Source: Candidatus Eiseniibacteriota bacterium (GTDB taxonomy: Bacteria > Eisenbacteria > RBG-16-71-46). Taken from it: a stretch of 64,000 bases of DNA. The notes under the pieces are model-generated. The model was given only the letters and a program-made list of their open reading frames with translations. It did not search any database and was not told the DNA's origin. Location of the stretch: assembly GCA_963725865.1 (NCBI GenBank), contig CAVSAC010000014.1:1-64000 (forward strand). The letters are read 5' to 3'. This document shows, one piece after another, positions 11,100 through 21,117 of this stretch; positions within the stretch are counted from its first letter, which is position 1; every line of letters begins with the position of its first letter. Position numbers and translations under genes: made by a program.

Positions 11100-11366
11100 C
11101 TATTTCAACAGACGCAGGAGCGCCTGGCCTGCTTTCGTCTTGAGTTCTGCAACTTAAACGGTGCCGTCGTTGTCAGCATCCGCGGCTTTGAAACGCTCTT
11201 CGACGATGGTCAAGTATTCGTCTTTCGTCAGGGTCCCGTCCTTGTCCGGATCCCAGGCTTTCATTTTCTCGACGATCGGGTCTGTCGCGGCCTGGGCTAG
11301 GCCAATAGTCACGATGCCGGTAAGGGCGAGCATCAAAGCGGTTATAGCGAGCTTTAGTAGTTTCAT
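11100..11366 (-). pseudogene. Internally deleted lanmodulin-like copy (2 EF hands; TAA in the last loop)
   Basis: Near-identical to 16471-16888 but DPDKDGTL joins directly to TKDEYL; TCA (Ser) reads TAA at 11154-11156. Confidence 0.8.
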
Positions 11367-11583
11367 CCATGTTCTCCCGAGTTGGGTTTGGGGTAGCGTC
11401 TTGGGTTTGGGGTGGCGCGCAGTGCGCCAACATGGTGGAAGCCGTGCGCTGCATGCGCGCGCGAACCTCAGCACGCGCGCGACCTACTAGCCCAGGTATT
11501 TCATGGAGGCGCCCCCGAAATATCACGCATGCGGTTGTCGTGAGCGGTAGGGAGAAGGCCATCGCCACTCGCGCCAGCAGGCC

Positions 11584-12003
11584 TCAATGTGCACTCGAGC
11601 TCCGCTGCCCAGGTGCATCGCCGTCAACATGCCGCAGCGACACGATTGCGGCGATGACCGTCCACATCTCCTCCTCCGACAAGGTCCCCGTCCACGCCGG
11701 CATGAGCTTGCCGCCACGCTTGCGGCCGAACTTGATCGTGGCGATGACTGGAATCGGTCGAGAGGTCCGGACGGTTGCGTAACGGGGGCCCCTTGTATCC
11801 GCGCCCGGCGCTACCATGGCAATAGCCGCCGCAGGTGCTGTTGAGCGTTTCCATCCCTTTCTCGATGACGCGCGGATCGCGCAGATCTACGCCGGCGCTC
11901 TTCGTGGTGGCGGGATGTCGGTGTCGCTATCGGCTCCACTGCCGGCGATCGGGAGCGCGAGCGCGACAACCAGCGAGAGAAGGTTCAGAGGAAGTTTGCT
12001 CAT
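11584..12003 (-). CDS. Cytochrome c with CX3CH motif (frameshifts)
   Basis: Signal MSKLPLNLLSLVVALALP; GMETLNSTCGGYCHG...GPPLR...KLMPAWTGTLSEEEMWTVIA. Confidence 0.75.
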
Positions 12004-12053
12004 CGAAGGATGAAGACGAAAGGGGCGTTCGCCCCCTTCGTCCAAGTTTGCGG

Positions 12054-13784
12054 CTATCGCGCGACCTTGAATGCGAACAGCGCCGCTCCAGAGGGGAATT
12101 CGGCGATCTCGGATAGATCTGCGAAGTCACCGCCTGTAGCGCCGACCCGATCCCGCTGGGTACCAGGATGTACTGTTCGCCGCCGGCCATGTAGCTGATG
12201 ATGCCCCCGCGCGAGCCTGAGCCCATGTTGAACTTCCACAGCTCCTTGCCACTGTCGGCGCTGTAGGCGTACACATAGCCCTTCATGTCACCGCTGAAGA
12301 CCAGCCCGCCCTTGGTGGGACAGGATGGTAGAGATGCGCGGATATTTGTCGGTCACCGACCACTTTTTCTTGCCGGTAAGCGGATCCCAGGGCATCGATG
12401 CCCCGTAAGCCTGGTCACCGGGAGGATGAACCCATTGCAGGTCAGCCCCCGCATACCAGGAGGGAATAGGCTTCATCCTGGGGCGCTCGGGCCGTACTTT
12501 GGCCTGCTCGCACATCTCCTGCCGCGAATTGAACCAGACTCCAGTGTCGGGATTGTACGAGCCCGCGTTCCAGCTTCGCCCACCGCCCATCGACGGGCAG
12601 AACACATTGTTCGGCAGGGTGATGGGACGGCGACCGATCAGCTCCCCGGTCTTGGGGTCGACGGTCTTGACGAAACTGACATGCTTGTTGATCGTCCATA
12701 CATTCTCGATCTTACCGTTGGTGCGGTCGTAGATGTAGACGAACCCGCTCTTGGCCTGATGCAACATCAGCTTCTTGTCGCCCTGATTGATGAGCACGAA
12801 CTCACCCAGCGTGCTGTCGAAGTCCCAATCGTCGTGCGGGTGCTCCTGGAAGTACCACACCAGCTCGCCGCTATCGGGGCGCAGCGCCAGCACCGAGGAG
12901 CTGTATAGGTTGTCACCCGGTCGCGCCCCGACCCCAGGGCACGGAGATACCCCTTCGGACCGTCCAGCGGCGGTGCCCAGGTCGAACCACGGCGAGGGAT
13001 TGGAGGTGCCGTAGTAGATCAGATCGAGCTCGGGATCGTAGCTGCCGACGTGCCACGCGCCCACGCCCGCGTACTTCGCGCTCGACTCGCCGAAGTCGGT
13101 CATGCCCCAGTGCTCCTCGCCCTCTAGGACCGGATCGAAATACCAGACCTTTTGCCCGGACTTTTGATCCACGCCGAAGATGCCGCCGCTGCGAGCGGGA
13201 ATACCGCCCTGCGTGGAGCCGTAGATCACCTTGTCCTTTACCGCCAACGGCGGTGAGGTGAACATGCAGCCGCACTCCATGGTGTCGACCAGCTGCGTCT
13301 CCCACACCGGTTTGCCGGTTTTCTGATCCAGCGCGATGGCACGCCCGTCGATCGTGCCGATGAAGACCTTTCCGTTGGCTACGGCGACGCCGCGCGCGGT
13401 GGGTGCAGTGGGAAGCTGCTCTACGCCGTCTTTGATCTTCGGATAGTAGTGCCAGATCACGTCGCCGGTCCGGCCGTCGACGGCGAAAATGCGGTTGAAG
13501 TTAGCCGAGTAGTAGATGATTCCGTCGAGGGCCACCGGAGTGGACTGCAACCCCTGCGTAATCTCGCCGGGCTGGTGCGTCCAGGCCACGCTCAGCCTGT
13601 GCACATTGCTCTTGTTGATCTGGTCCAGCGGACTGTAGCGGTGAGCATCGTAGGTGCGATGGTAGCTCGGCCAATCTCCGGCAACCGCGTTTTGGATGGT
13701 CTTGACTTCAGCTGCAATGCCGGTGCCAGAGAAACAGAAAGCGAGGACGACGACAGCCTCGCCGGCGACTGTGAGCCTGCGCAT
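12054..13784 (-). CDS. PQQ-dependent alcohol dehydrogenase family protein with lanthanide-type D-x-D motif (frameshifts near 12320 and 12110)
   Basis: DWPSYHRTY, RYSPLDQIN, QSTP, YDPELDLIYYGTSNPSP, RPGDNLYSSS, WYFQEHPHDDWDFD, KSGFVY, FCPSMGGGRSW. Confidence 0.9.
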
Positions 13785-13914
13785 AAATCTCCTCCTCTAA
13801 TTTGATTTTCGTTATGAACGCAGCGGCCGGCTTCGTGATGCGCAACCAAATACTCAACTAAGAACTAAGGCCCTTGCCGCGAGAGCAAAGTAGACCGCGC
13901 TGCGCGAATTCGAC

Positions 13915-13951
13915 AGGGAATGAATCCCTGCGACGCCGGGATCTACTCTCG
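13915..13951. promoter_or_regulatory. Tandem GGGA-N5-TCCC sites upstream of the PQQ dehydrogenase
   Basis: cAGGGA atgaa TCCCTg 13915-13929 and CGGGA tctac TCTCG 13937-13951; 22-bp period. Confidence 0.62.
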
Positions 13952-14004
13952 GAGCCCACCTGGAAGCTTGACTTCCCAACCGGCAGCAACGATCGCCGCG
14001 CGCA

Positions 14005-14115
14005 GCTTGGCGTGGCGAGCACGCCATGGAAACGAATCAGATGCAGCCTCGGAGGCGGGACGAGCGCGGCCAAGCGCTGCATGAGCTCCAGCGGCGACAT
14101 CACGATGGGTGGTCC
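14005..14115 (-). mobile_element. IS91-family transposase C-terminal remnant
   Basis: IVMSPLELMQRLAALVPPPRLHLIRFHGVLA resembles the conserved C-terminal block of IS91/ISCR transposases. Confidence 0.75.
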
Positions 14116-14476
14116 CGTCGCGATAGGGGCTCTTGAGCTGCAGCGCGACTCGGCCGCGCGATTGCGCTTCAGCCGACCGTTGGCTGAAATGGAAGTCTTC
14201 CCGCGAAGCGTCCGTTCCGACCTATGGAACTCTGATCGGGACATTGCCGCGCCGAGCGAGCGTGGACGTTTCGTGCACGACGCGCGCAACCCGGCCCGGT
14301 TTGTCCCAGACCCAAGACCGGCTATCCCAGACACAGGACTTCGGTGTCCCGTACTTCCAATGGCGTAAGCATCCGGGCGTCGCGGCATGGCTCCGAGTAT
14401 GTCGCAGCGCTGCGCTGCTGCGAAGGGGCCGACGCCGCGGCTTCGGCAGACCCGCGGCGCTTCCTGCGGACGCCGG

Positions 14477-14980
14477 CTAGAGCGTCACGTCGCCGTTTGC
14501 CGGCGACAGCTCCTGGGCGATCTCGCCCTTGTCGGTGGCTACCTGGAGCTTGAGCTTCTCCAGCCCCGGCAACTGATCCGACAACCGGATGCCGAGCTTG
14601 TCGATGCGGGCCGACGTCGCCCCGTCGCAGCGGAACCGGTACATGGCCTGGATGTTCCCGTCGGCGGTGGTGGGCTTGCCCTGGGTGTCGACCGCGAAGG
14701 CATTGGCGTTTTCCACCTGGCACTTGGCCTTGTCCGGAAACACGAAGAGCTTGGTCGCTTCCTTCAGACGCGCCACGACTTCAGCCGAGGTCAGGGGCTG
14801 CTTGCTCCCGCCCGAGGTATCGCCGCGGGTCATGGGCAGGCGTAGTTGCATGCTGACGTCCGGGCCGGAAACGTCGACGGTCAAGGTGCCGGTCTTGTAT
14901 AGCGCCGCGGCGGTGCCGTCGGCATGGGCGGGCAGGGTGCAGGCGAGCAGGGTCAGGGCAATGGAGGTTTTCGAATACAT
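14477..14980 (-). CDS. DUF2796/ZrgA-like secreted protein lacking the usual His clusters
   Basis: Signal peptide; GTLTVDV, KLFVFPDKAKC, IQAMYRFRC, PGLEKLKLQV...ELSP pattern recalls ZrgA/DUF2796. Confidence 0.65.
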   Translation of the reverse strand: MYSKTSIALTLLACTLPAHADGTAAALYKTGTLTVDVSGPDVSMQLRLPMTRGDTSGGSKQPLTSAEVVARLKEATKLFVFPDKAKCQVENANAFAVDTQGKPTTADGNIQAMYRFRCDGATSARIDKLGIRLSDQLPGLEKLKLQVATDKGEIAQELSPANGDVTL

Positions 14981-15082
14981 CGTGTTCTCGATCAGAAGAA
15001 TTTGAGACGGCGCGAGTTTAGCGCAACCGGTCCCGACGGATAGCTTGTTACACCGCGACTTCTTTGCATCTGACGAGGAAGA

Positions 15083-15530
15083 TTATGCGGTGATTTTGGA
15101 GTAGATGCTTGGAAAGTGCTGGTCGCGCAAATAGAGGGAAGTGCCCATCACGTGATGTCCATGGAGCGTGACACGCCAGCGGCGGGTATGCGGAATCTTG
15201 GCGATCAGGCCGTGGGCGTGGAAGCGGCGGAAGGTGCGGACTGACCTTGGCACTTTGCTTTCGCGGGTCGTGTCCGCAGGCTCGTAGATGAGCAGTCAAT
15301 GCAAACTGTGTGCGGATGTCGCGGTTGGTGAAACCGCGCAAGCAGTGCTCGCCGGCCATGAGGGTTTGGAACAATTCGGCATCGTGACGTGACAGCGGAT
15401 TGAAGCCGGCACAGCGACGCCCGGCGGCATCCTTCTTTGGCGTGGTGAGGCGCTCCAGAGCGCGTTTGGCGTTGGTTGGATCCTCGACCGCGGCCAGCCT
15501 CCAGATAACGGGCGTTGGCTTGGAGCGAGA
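15083..15530 (-). pseudogene. C-terminal fragment of a putative transposase-associated winged-helix protein
   Basis: GFNPLSRHDAELF...GFTNRDIR...(frameshift) RRFHAHGLIAKIPHTRRWRVT; no N-terminus. Confidence 0.5.
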
Positions 15531-15724
15531 CCTCCACGATAGCGGTAGGATATCGGTGGAGTATTTGCTTTGCGCGCTCACCCAGCAGTATTAACAGCCA
15601 TGGAGAATATCTTGCAGCTGCGGATTGACTCGCTTGGCGTATTTGGTGCGGATCGCAGGCCAATTCAAATTCGCGAAGCGATCCGCAAACCGCTGCGCTC
15701 GGGCGATGTCTTCGATCCGCACAT

Positions 15725-16337
15725 GTGAGTAGCAAGGAATCATTCATCGCGCTGCGCGACTCACTGCGATCGGACCCGGCCCCGCTGGCCGCGATCATTC
15801 TCGGCTACATCGAAGCCGGCGAGCGAGGGGAATCACTGGATCCAAAGGAAAACAGCGCGCCCATCGAAGACGAGACGGATCATCTCTACCACTACGTTGT
15901 CCCCCATCTCAACCTCATACGTCGTGGCGCCGTTGCTGGGCGTTCTCGGAACGACTGTCGGGATCATGGCAACATTCCAACAGTTCGCCACATCCGGTCG
16001 GCGTGACATGTCGGCACTGGTCGCCGCGATCGACAAATCGTTGATCACTACGATGTGGGGACTGATCATCGCGGTTCCGGCCTACTTCTGCTTCGCGCTA
16101 CTGCAAAGCAAGGTGTACCGCTACGAACGCCGAATACTTCCGGGCGTCATGAAACTGAATCGACACCTGGCGGCTTACGTGATTGCACCGCGGAGCTGCC
16201 CAAGTCTGAGCCTGCATCGATCAATCGCTAGATGGTTCGCTCAAACGCCTCGGCGGCCTGCAGGCCGCCGAGGGAAATGCTTCACCGCCGCTTGCGGATT
16301 TCGGCTGCGACGATCGCGCGACTTCCGCTTCAACTGA
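15725..16337 (+). pseudogene. MotA/TolQ/ExbB proton-channel family fragment
   Basis: VAPLLGVLGTTVGIMATF...SLITTMWGLIIAVPAY; N-terminus missing, frameshift, no exbD partner. Confidence 0.75.
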
Positions 16338-16470
16338 ACTCCGACGACAGCCAGGGCGGTCAGCAGCAGAAGACGGCACTCCGGGACGAACTGGCTGCAA
16401 GGTCGTAACGTGGGTTGTGGTCGGGTCGCAGCGCCCTCTGCACGCTGTCTGGAAGATGTTCCGTAGACCG

Positions 16471-16888
16471 TTATTTCAACAGACGCAGGAGCGACTGCCC
16501 CGCCTTCGTCTTGAGTTCTGCCACTGAAACGGTGCCGTCGTTGTCAGCATCCGCGGCTTTGAAACGCGCTTTGACGATGGTCAGGAACTCCTCCTTGGTC
16601 AGGGTGCCGTCGTTGTCAGGATCGGCTTTTTTGAAAGTCTTGTCGTCGACCTTCGTTGAGCTCATTTCCTTCTTGTCGAGTGTGCTGTCGTTGTCCACCT
16701 CGAGGCTATCGAACTTGGCGGCGGCGGCTCTCTCTACCTCGGCCATATCCAGGGTGCCGTCCTTGTCGGGATCCCAGGTTTTTCATTTTCTCGACGATCG
16801 GGTCGGTCGCGGCCTGGGCTAGGCCAATAGTCACGATGCCGGTAAGGGCGAGCATCAAAGCGGTTATAGCGAGCTTGCGTAGTTTCAT
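16471..16888 (-). CDS. lanM: Lanmodulin-like periplasmic four-EF-hand protein (1-nt frameshift in a T run near 16780)
   Basis: Sec signal ending AQA; loops DPDKDGTLDMAE, EVDNDSTLDKKE, DPDNDGTLTKEE, DADNDGTVSVAE with short linkers; C-terminus AGQSLLRLLK. Confidence 0.85.
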
Positions 16889-17110
16889 CGAAGTTCCCTT
16901 TATCTGATCTAGGAGTCAATTAGACACTCCAGGCTTACGTTGTTCTGTGCGCTGGGGCACCTATGATGACAGAGCGGAAAAATTCGTAAAATCTCGAATC
17001 TTGACCTTCGCCGTCTGTAGCTTGCAGTCACGTTGCAAGGCAACTCAAGCCGAATCGTTGCGCCGACGAGTCCCCAGGGACCTGCTTGCCGTATATCCAA
17101 GCGCTCGAGA

Positions 17111-17147
17111 CGGGAGTTTTTCCCGGTGATTTCGGGAGAAATTCCCG
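17111..17147. promoter_or_regulatory. Tandem perfect CGGGA-N5-TCCCG sites upstream of lanM
   Basis: CGGGA gtttt TCCCG 17111-17125 and CGGGA gaaat TCCCG 17133-17147; 22-bp period. Confidence 0.68.
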
Positions 17148-17314
17148 GGTAGAGGTCGCGCGGCCGTCGCCACTCGCTGCGAAGCGTTGATCCGTCGACA
17201 GAACGAGAGCGTCTATCGAGGATACTCAATGGTCTGGGTGACTGGTAGCCGGACCCGGGACTCGACTTAACTTATCCGCTCTTTGGCAGTAGCTCGGCAG
17301 CCTACGATCTGGGT

Positions 17315-18646
17315 CAGTGCTGTCCGGACGTTGAACGCCAGGAACGCGATAACGGCTTGATCTGAAATGAACAACTCATGAATTTTCTTGGTCTCGATTT
17401 GAAGTTCGCCGCCTCGATTTGCGATCCTGCGAGGGACTCACTCGCAGGGGGCATCGATGAACTCGGGCAAGCTGGTGTTCGCACAGATCACGCAGCATCT
17501 GCCGCTGACAACGTTTCGGCGTTGCGTGGCGCGCTACGGCGGAGAGCACAAGGTCAAGAGCTTCTCGTGCCTCGACCAGTATCTGTGCATGGCCTTCGCT
17601 CAGCTGACCTATCGGGAGAGCTTGCGCGACATCGAGGCGTGCCTGCGCGCGCAGGCGGACAAGCTCTACCACATGGGCATTCGGAGCCGGGTCTCGCGCA
17701 GCACGCTGGCCGATGCCAACGAAGTGCGCGACTGGCGCATCTACGCCGAGTTCGCCCAGTCGCTCATCGGCATCGCCCGGCGTCTGTATGCGCGAGGACT
17801 CCTTCGGCGGTCGAGCTGAAGGAGACGGTCTACGCGCTGGATGCGACCACGATCGACCTGTGCCTGTCGGTGTTCCCGTGGGCCCCGTTTCGCTCGACCA
17901 AGGCGGCCGTCAAGCTGCACACGCTGCTGGATCTGCGCGGCAACATCCCCTCGTTCATGCATATCAGCGATGGCAAGTTGCACGACGTCAACGTCCTGGA
18001 CCTGCTGCTGCCCGAGCCGGGCGCCTTCTACATCATGGACCGCGGCTACATCGACTTCGAGCGGCTCTATCGCCTGCACGCAGGCCGGCAGCTTCTTCGT
18101 CACGCGCGCCAAGTCCAATCTCAAAGCTCAACGTCGCTATTCCGCATCCGGTCGATCGAAGCACGGGGTTGATCTGCGATCAGACCGATCGTGCTCACCG
18201 GCTTCTATTCCCGCCAGGACTTCGACACGCCGCTGCGGCGCATCAAGTTCAACGACCCCGAAACCGGCAAGCGACTGGTGTTCCTGACCAACAACTTCGC
18301 CCTGCCAGCGATCGACCATCGCCGAGCTCTACCGCTGCCGCTGGCAGGTCGAGTTGTTCTTCAAGTGGATCAAGCAGCATCTTCGGATCAAGGCCTTCTT
18401 CGGCACCAGCGAGAACGCGGTCAAGACCCAGATCTGGATCGCCGTCGTCGGTCTACGTGCTCGTGGCCATCGTCAAGAAGCGACTCAACCTCTCGGCAAG
18501 CCTGTATGAAATGCTACAGATCCTGAGCCTAACCATGTTCGAGCGAGTCCCACTGGATCAGCTACTTGCTCACGTCGTGACCGACGATATCCAGGCCATC
18601 TCCGATAATCAACTGAAATTGTTCGACTAACGTCCGGACACTACTG
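17315..18646 (+). mobile_element. IS4-family insertion sequence
   Basis: Terminal inverted repeats CAGTGCTGTCCGGACGTT and AACGTCCGGACACTACTG (16/18 match) bracket a DDE transposase; no exact target duplication seen. Confidence 0.9.
17457..18630 (+). CDS. IS4-family DDE transposase (frameshifted as read)
   Basis: MNSGKLVFAQ...RESLRDIEACL...YALDATTIDL...AVKLHTLLDL...YIMDRGY...FLTNNF...WQVELFFKWIKQHL. Confidence 0.9.
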
Positions 18647-18830
18647 ATATCGGGTGTGACCCATCCCTTCGTTCTATCCATAGGGACGCCGAGGCAGACC
18701 ACAAAGGGGGTTCACACTGATCACATGCACGGAAGGGACTACCCGACCAGCTCGCATCGGTCTGAGTCACGGCTGAAACAACGATAGATAAGAAGACTCG
18801 CGCCGATCGTCTACAGCGGGCTTGACCCTA

Positions 18831-19287
18831 TCAGTGCTTCTTCAGGCTGCGCACGTAGGCGATGATCTTCAGGATGTCGTCCTGGCTCATGCGTTTTCCG
18901 AACGCCTGCATGGCACCGCCGGCGCCGCCGAAGACGACCTCGAACATCCCGGCGTCGGTGGCGACCCGCTCGTAGGTGAAGAATCGCCCACCAGGCTCGG
19001 ACCCATGCGGCCGCTGCCGTCCGGCATGTGGCAGCTCTGGCACCAGGTTTCGTAGAGCTTCTTGCCAGCGGCGAGTGCGCCGGGGTCCCCAAGATACGGG
19101 TTGCGGCCGGATGCGTGAAACGCTTGCACCGCTCGGTGAACTCCTCGCCTGGCTTGGGGCTAACGTCGAGCGCGCTGCCATCGAACGCATTGTGGAACCG
19201 GATTGCGGTTGGGCGAGCCCGCCGAGAAGCACGGACATCGTCGCGTTACCGGCGAGGACCACGCGACCGTCTAGCGTTGCAGTACAA
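18831..19287 (-). CDS. Cytochrome cL (MxaG/XoxG)-like monoheme cytochrome (frameshifts; start approximate)
   Basis: VQAFHASGRNPYLGDPGALAAGKKLYETWCQSCH...MGPSL...MFEVVFGGAGGAMQAF...DDILKIIAYVRSL. Confidence 0.78.
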
Positions 19288-19466
19288 GACAGGCCGTGAA
19301 GGGACGTCGGGAGGTTCTGCGGCTGTCGGCGCAGGTGCCGACCTCGCGTCGGACCAGCAGGCGTGACGGCGGCGGATCCTGCGGCAAGGACGTGCGACTC
19401 CAGCGCGCGACGCGTCGGACCTGAGGGTCAGGCGATCGTCGCACGACGCTGAATCGTGGCTGCAGT

Positions 19467-20915
19467 CTACCGGGCGCGGGTCTTGGCGGTCTCCGCTCCC
19501 GCGGGGACTGGTCCGCCGCCACTACGCGCCACAGCGCGCCGGTCGGGTTCGCCGTCGGACCCTTGTCGTCCAGGTAGAAGCAATAGCAGTTCACCGCCAG
19601 GACCGAGCCGTCCTGATCGTTGTTGCCGCCGGTGAACTGCAGCGCGGTGTGGAGCAGCTCCTGCATCTGCCACTTGCTTGCCGTCCCAGCCCACGCCCCA
19701 GACGCGGCCCGAGCACCAGTCGCCGGCGAGGAACACGCCGTTCATGCCCGGCGTAGTTGGCCACGCCCAGGCCGGTCACCGAGCAACCCCAGCCGTCCTT
19801 CAGCTTGGGTGCACCCGGGTACGGTTCCTGGTGCGGATATTCCGCGACCGGCAGCACGCCCACGATCGGGCAGCGTGGTGTCGGCGCCGAGAATCGGATG
19901 GCATTTCGAGGCCTGATTGTGCTTCCAGCCGTAGTTCTCGCCGCCCTTGCTGGAGCGCGGCTGCCAGTCGATCTCTTCCCAGTGGTTCTGGCCGACGTCG
20001 CCGATCCACAGGTCGCCGGTCTTCGGGTCGAATGAGAACTGCCAGGGATTGCGCAAGACCGTACGCCCAGATCTCGGGCCGCGAGCCGATCTTGATCTTC
20101 GAGAAGCCTTCTTCGGTGATGCCGAACAGGTTCATCATCCGATCCTTGCCGGCCTCGAGGAAAGGGTTGTCGCGCGGGATGCTGTACGCCGCCTGATCGC
20201 CCTTGGTGTCGACGTTGATGCGCAGCATCTTGCCCCACAACTTGCCCAGGTTCTGGCCTGCGTCCAGCGGGTCACCTTCCCACCCGGCATCGCCCTTGGC
20301 GATGTACAGGTAGCCGTCAGGGCCGAACGCGATCTTGCCGCCGTAGTGGTTGTAGTAAGGCTGCGGGATGTTCATGATGACCTTGACGGTCTTGTTGAAC
20401 TGTTCGCTGCGTGACCTGATTAGGGCTGGCGGGATCGACCGTGAAGCGAACGATCAGGTTGGCGCCGTTGAACGGTACCGATGCGAACGAAACAAAAACG
20501 TAGCCGTTGTCCTTGAACTTCGGATGGAACGCGACCGACCACAGGCCCTGCTCGACGAACGCGGTCTGCACTTCGGTGCCGAGCGGGTTGGTCTTGGTCA
20601 GGTCGAGAAACGGCTCCGGCAGAACCTCGCCGCCTGGCGGTCACGACTCGGATCGCGACCGACCCGCTCGACCACGAACAGCCGGCCGGTGCCATCGAAG
20701 GCAGACGCCACACCGACGGGATCGTTGAAGCCGTCGGCCAGCTTGACGAGCGCGATCTTGGGGTTGCCTGGCAGGTTACCTCCTGGACGCGCCACATGAT
20801 CTGGGGTCTTCGGGACAACCTGGCCGGCCGCTGGCAGCGCTAACGCGACCAGCCCTGCCGAGGCAAGCAATGCCATTGCAAATCTGAACAGGTGCTCCTC
20901 CCTCCAATTGAACAT
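19467..20915 (-). CDS. PQQ-dependent sugar dehydrogenase family beta-propeller (multiple frameshifts; start approximate)
   Basis: DGTGRLFVVER, EQGLWSVAFHP, QPYYNHYGG, FGPDGYLYI, PEIWAYGLRNPWQFSFD, DVGQNHWEEID, GENYGW, GCSVTG. Confidence 0.88.
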
Positions 20916-21117
20916 TGATTGTGAGTTCGTGTTGGTTCGATGACTTCGCGTATCAAGATCATGTGGGCGGCGATTTCCAATCCCGACCTGTTGCCGCCAC
21001 GCGTACGGTCGGGTATGTATTGCGCTGCACGAATTCGAGGCATGCAGGGTTGTACGCAAACCACGCTTAAGCGGCGATACATCATGTAAACGGTAGGTTC
21101 ATAGGCTTGCCCGGGAC

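Noticed and set aside
17300..18660. Target-site duplication of the IS4 element
   Set aside because: Flanks gatctgggt and atatcgggt are similar but not identical.
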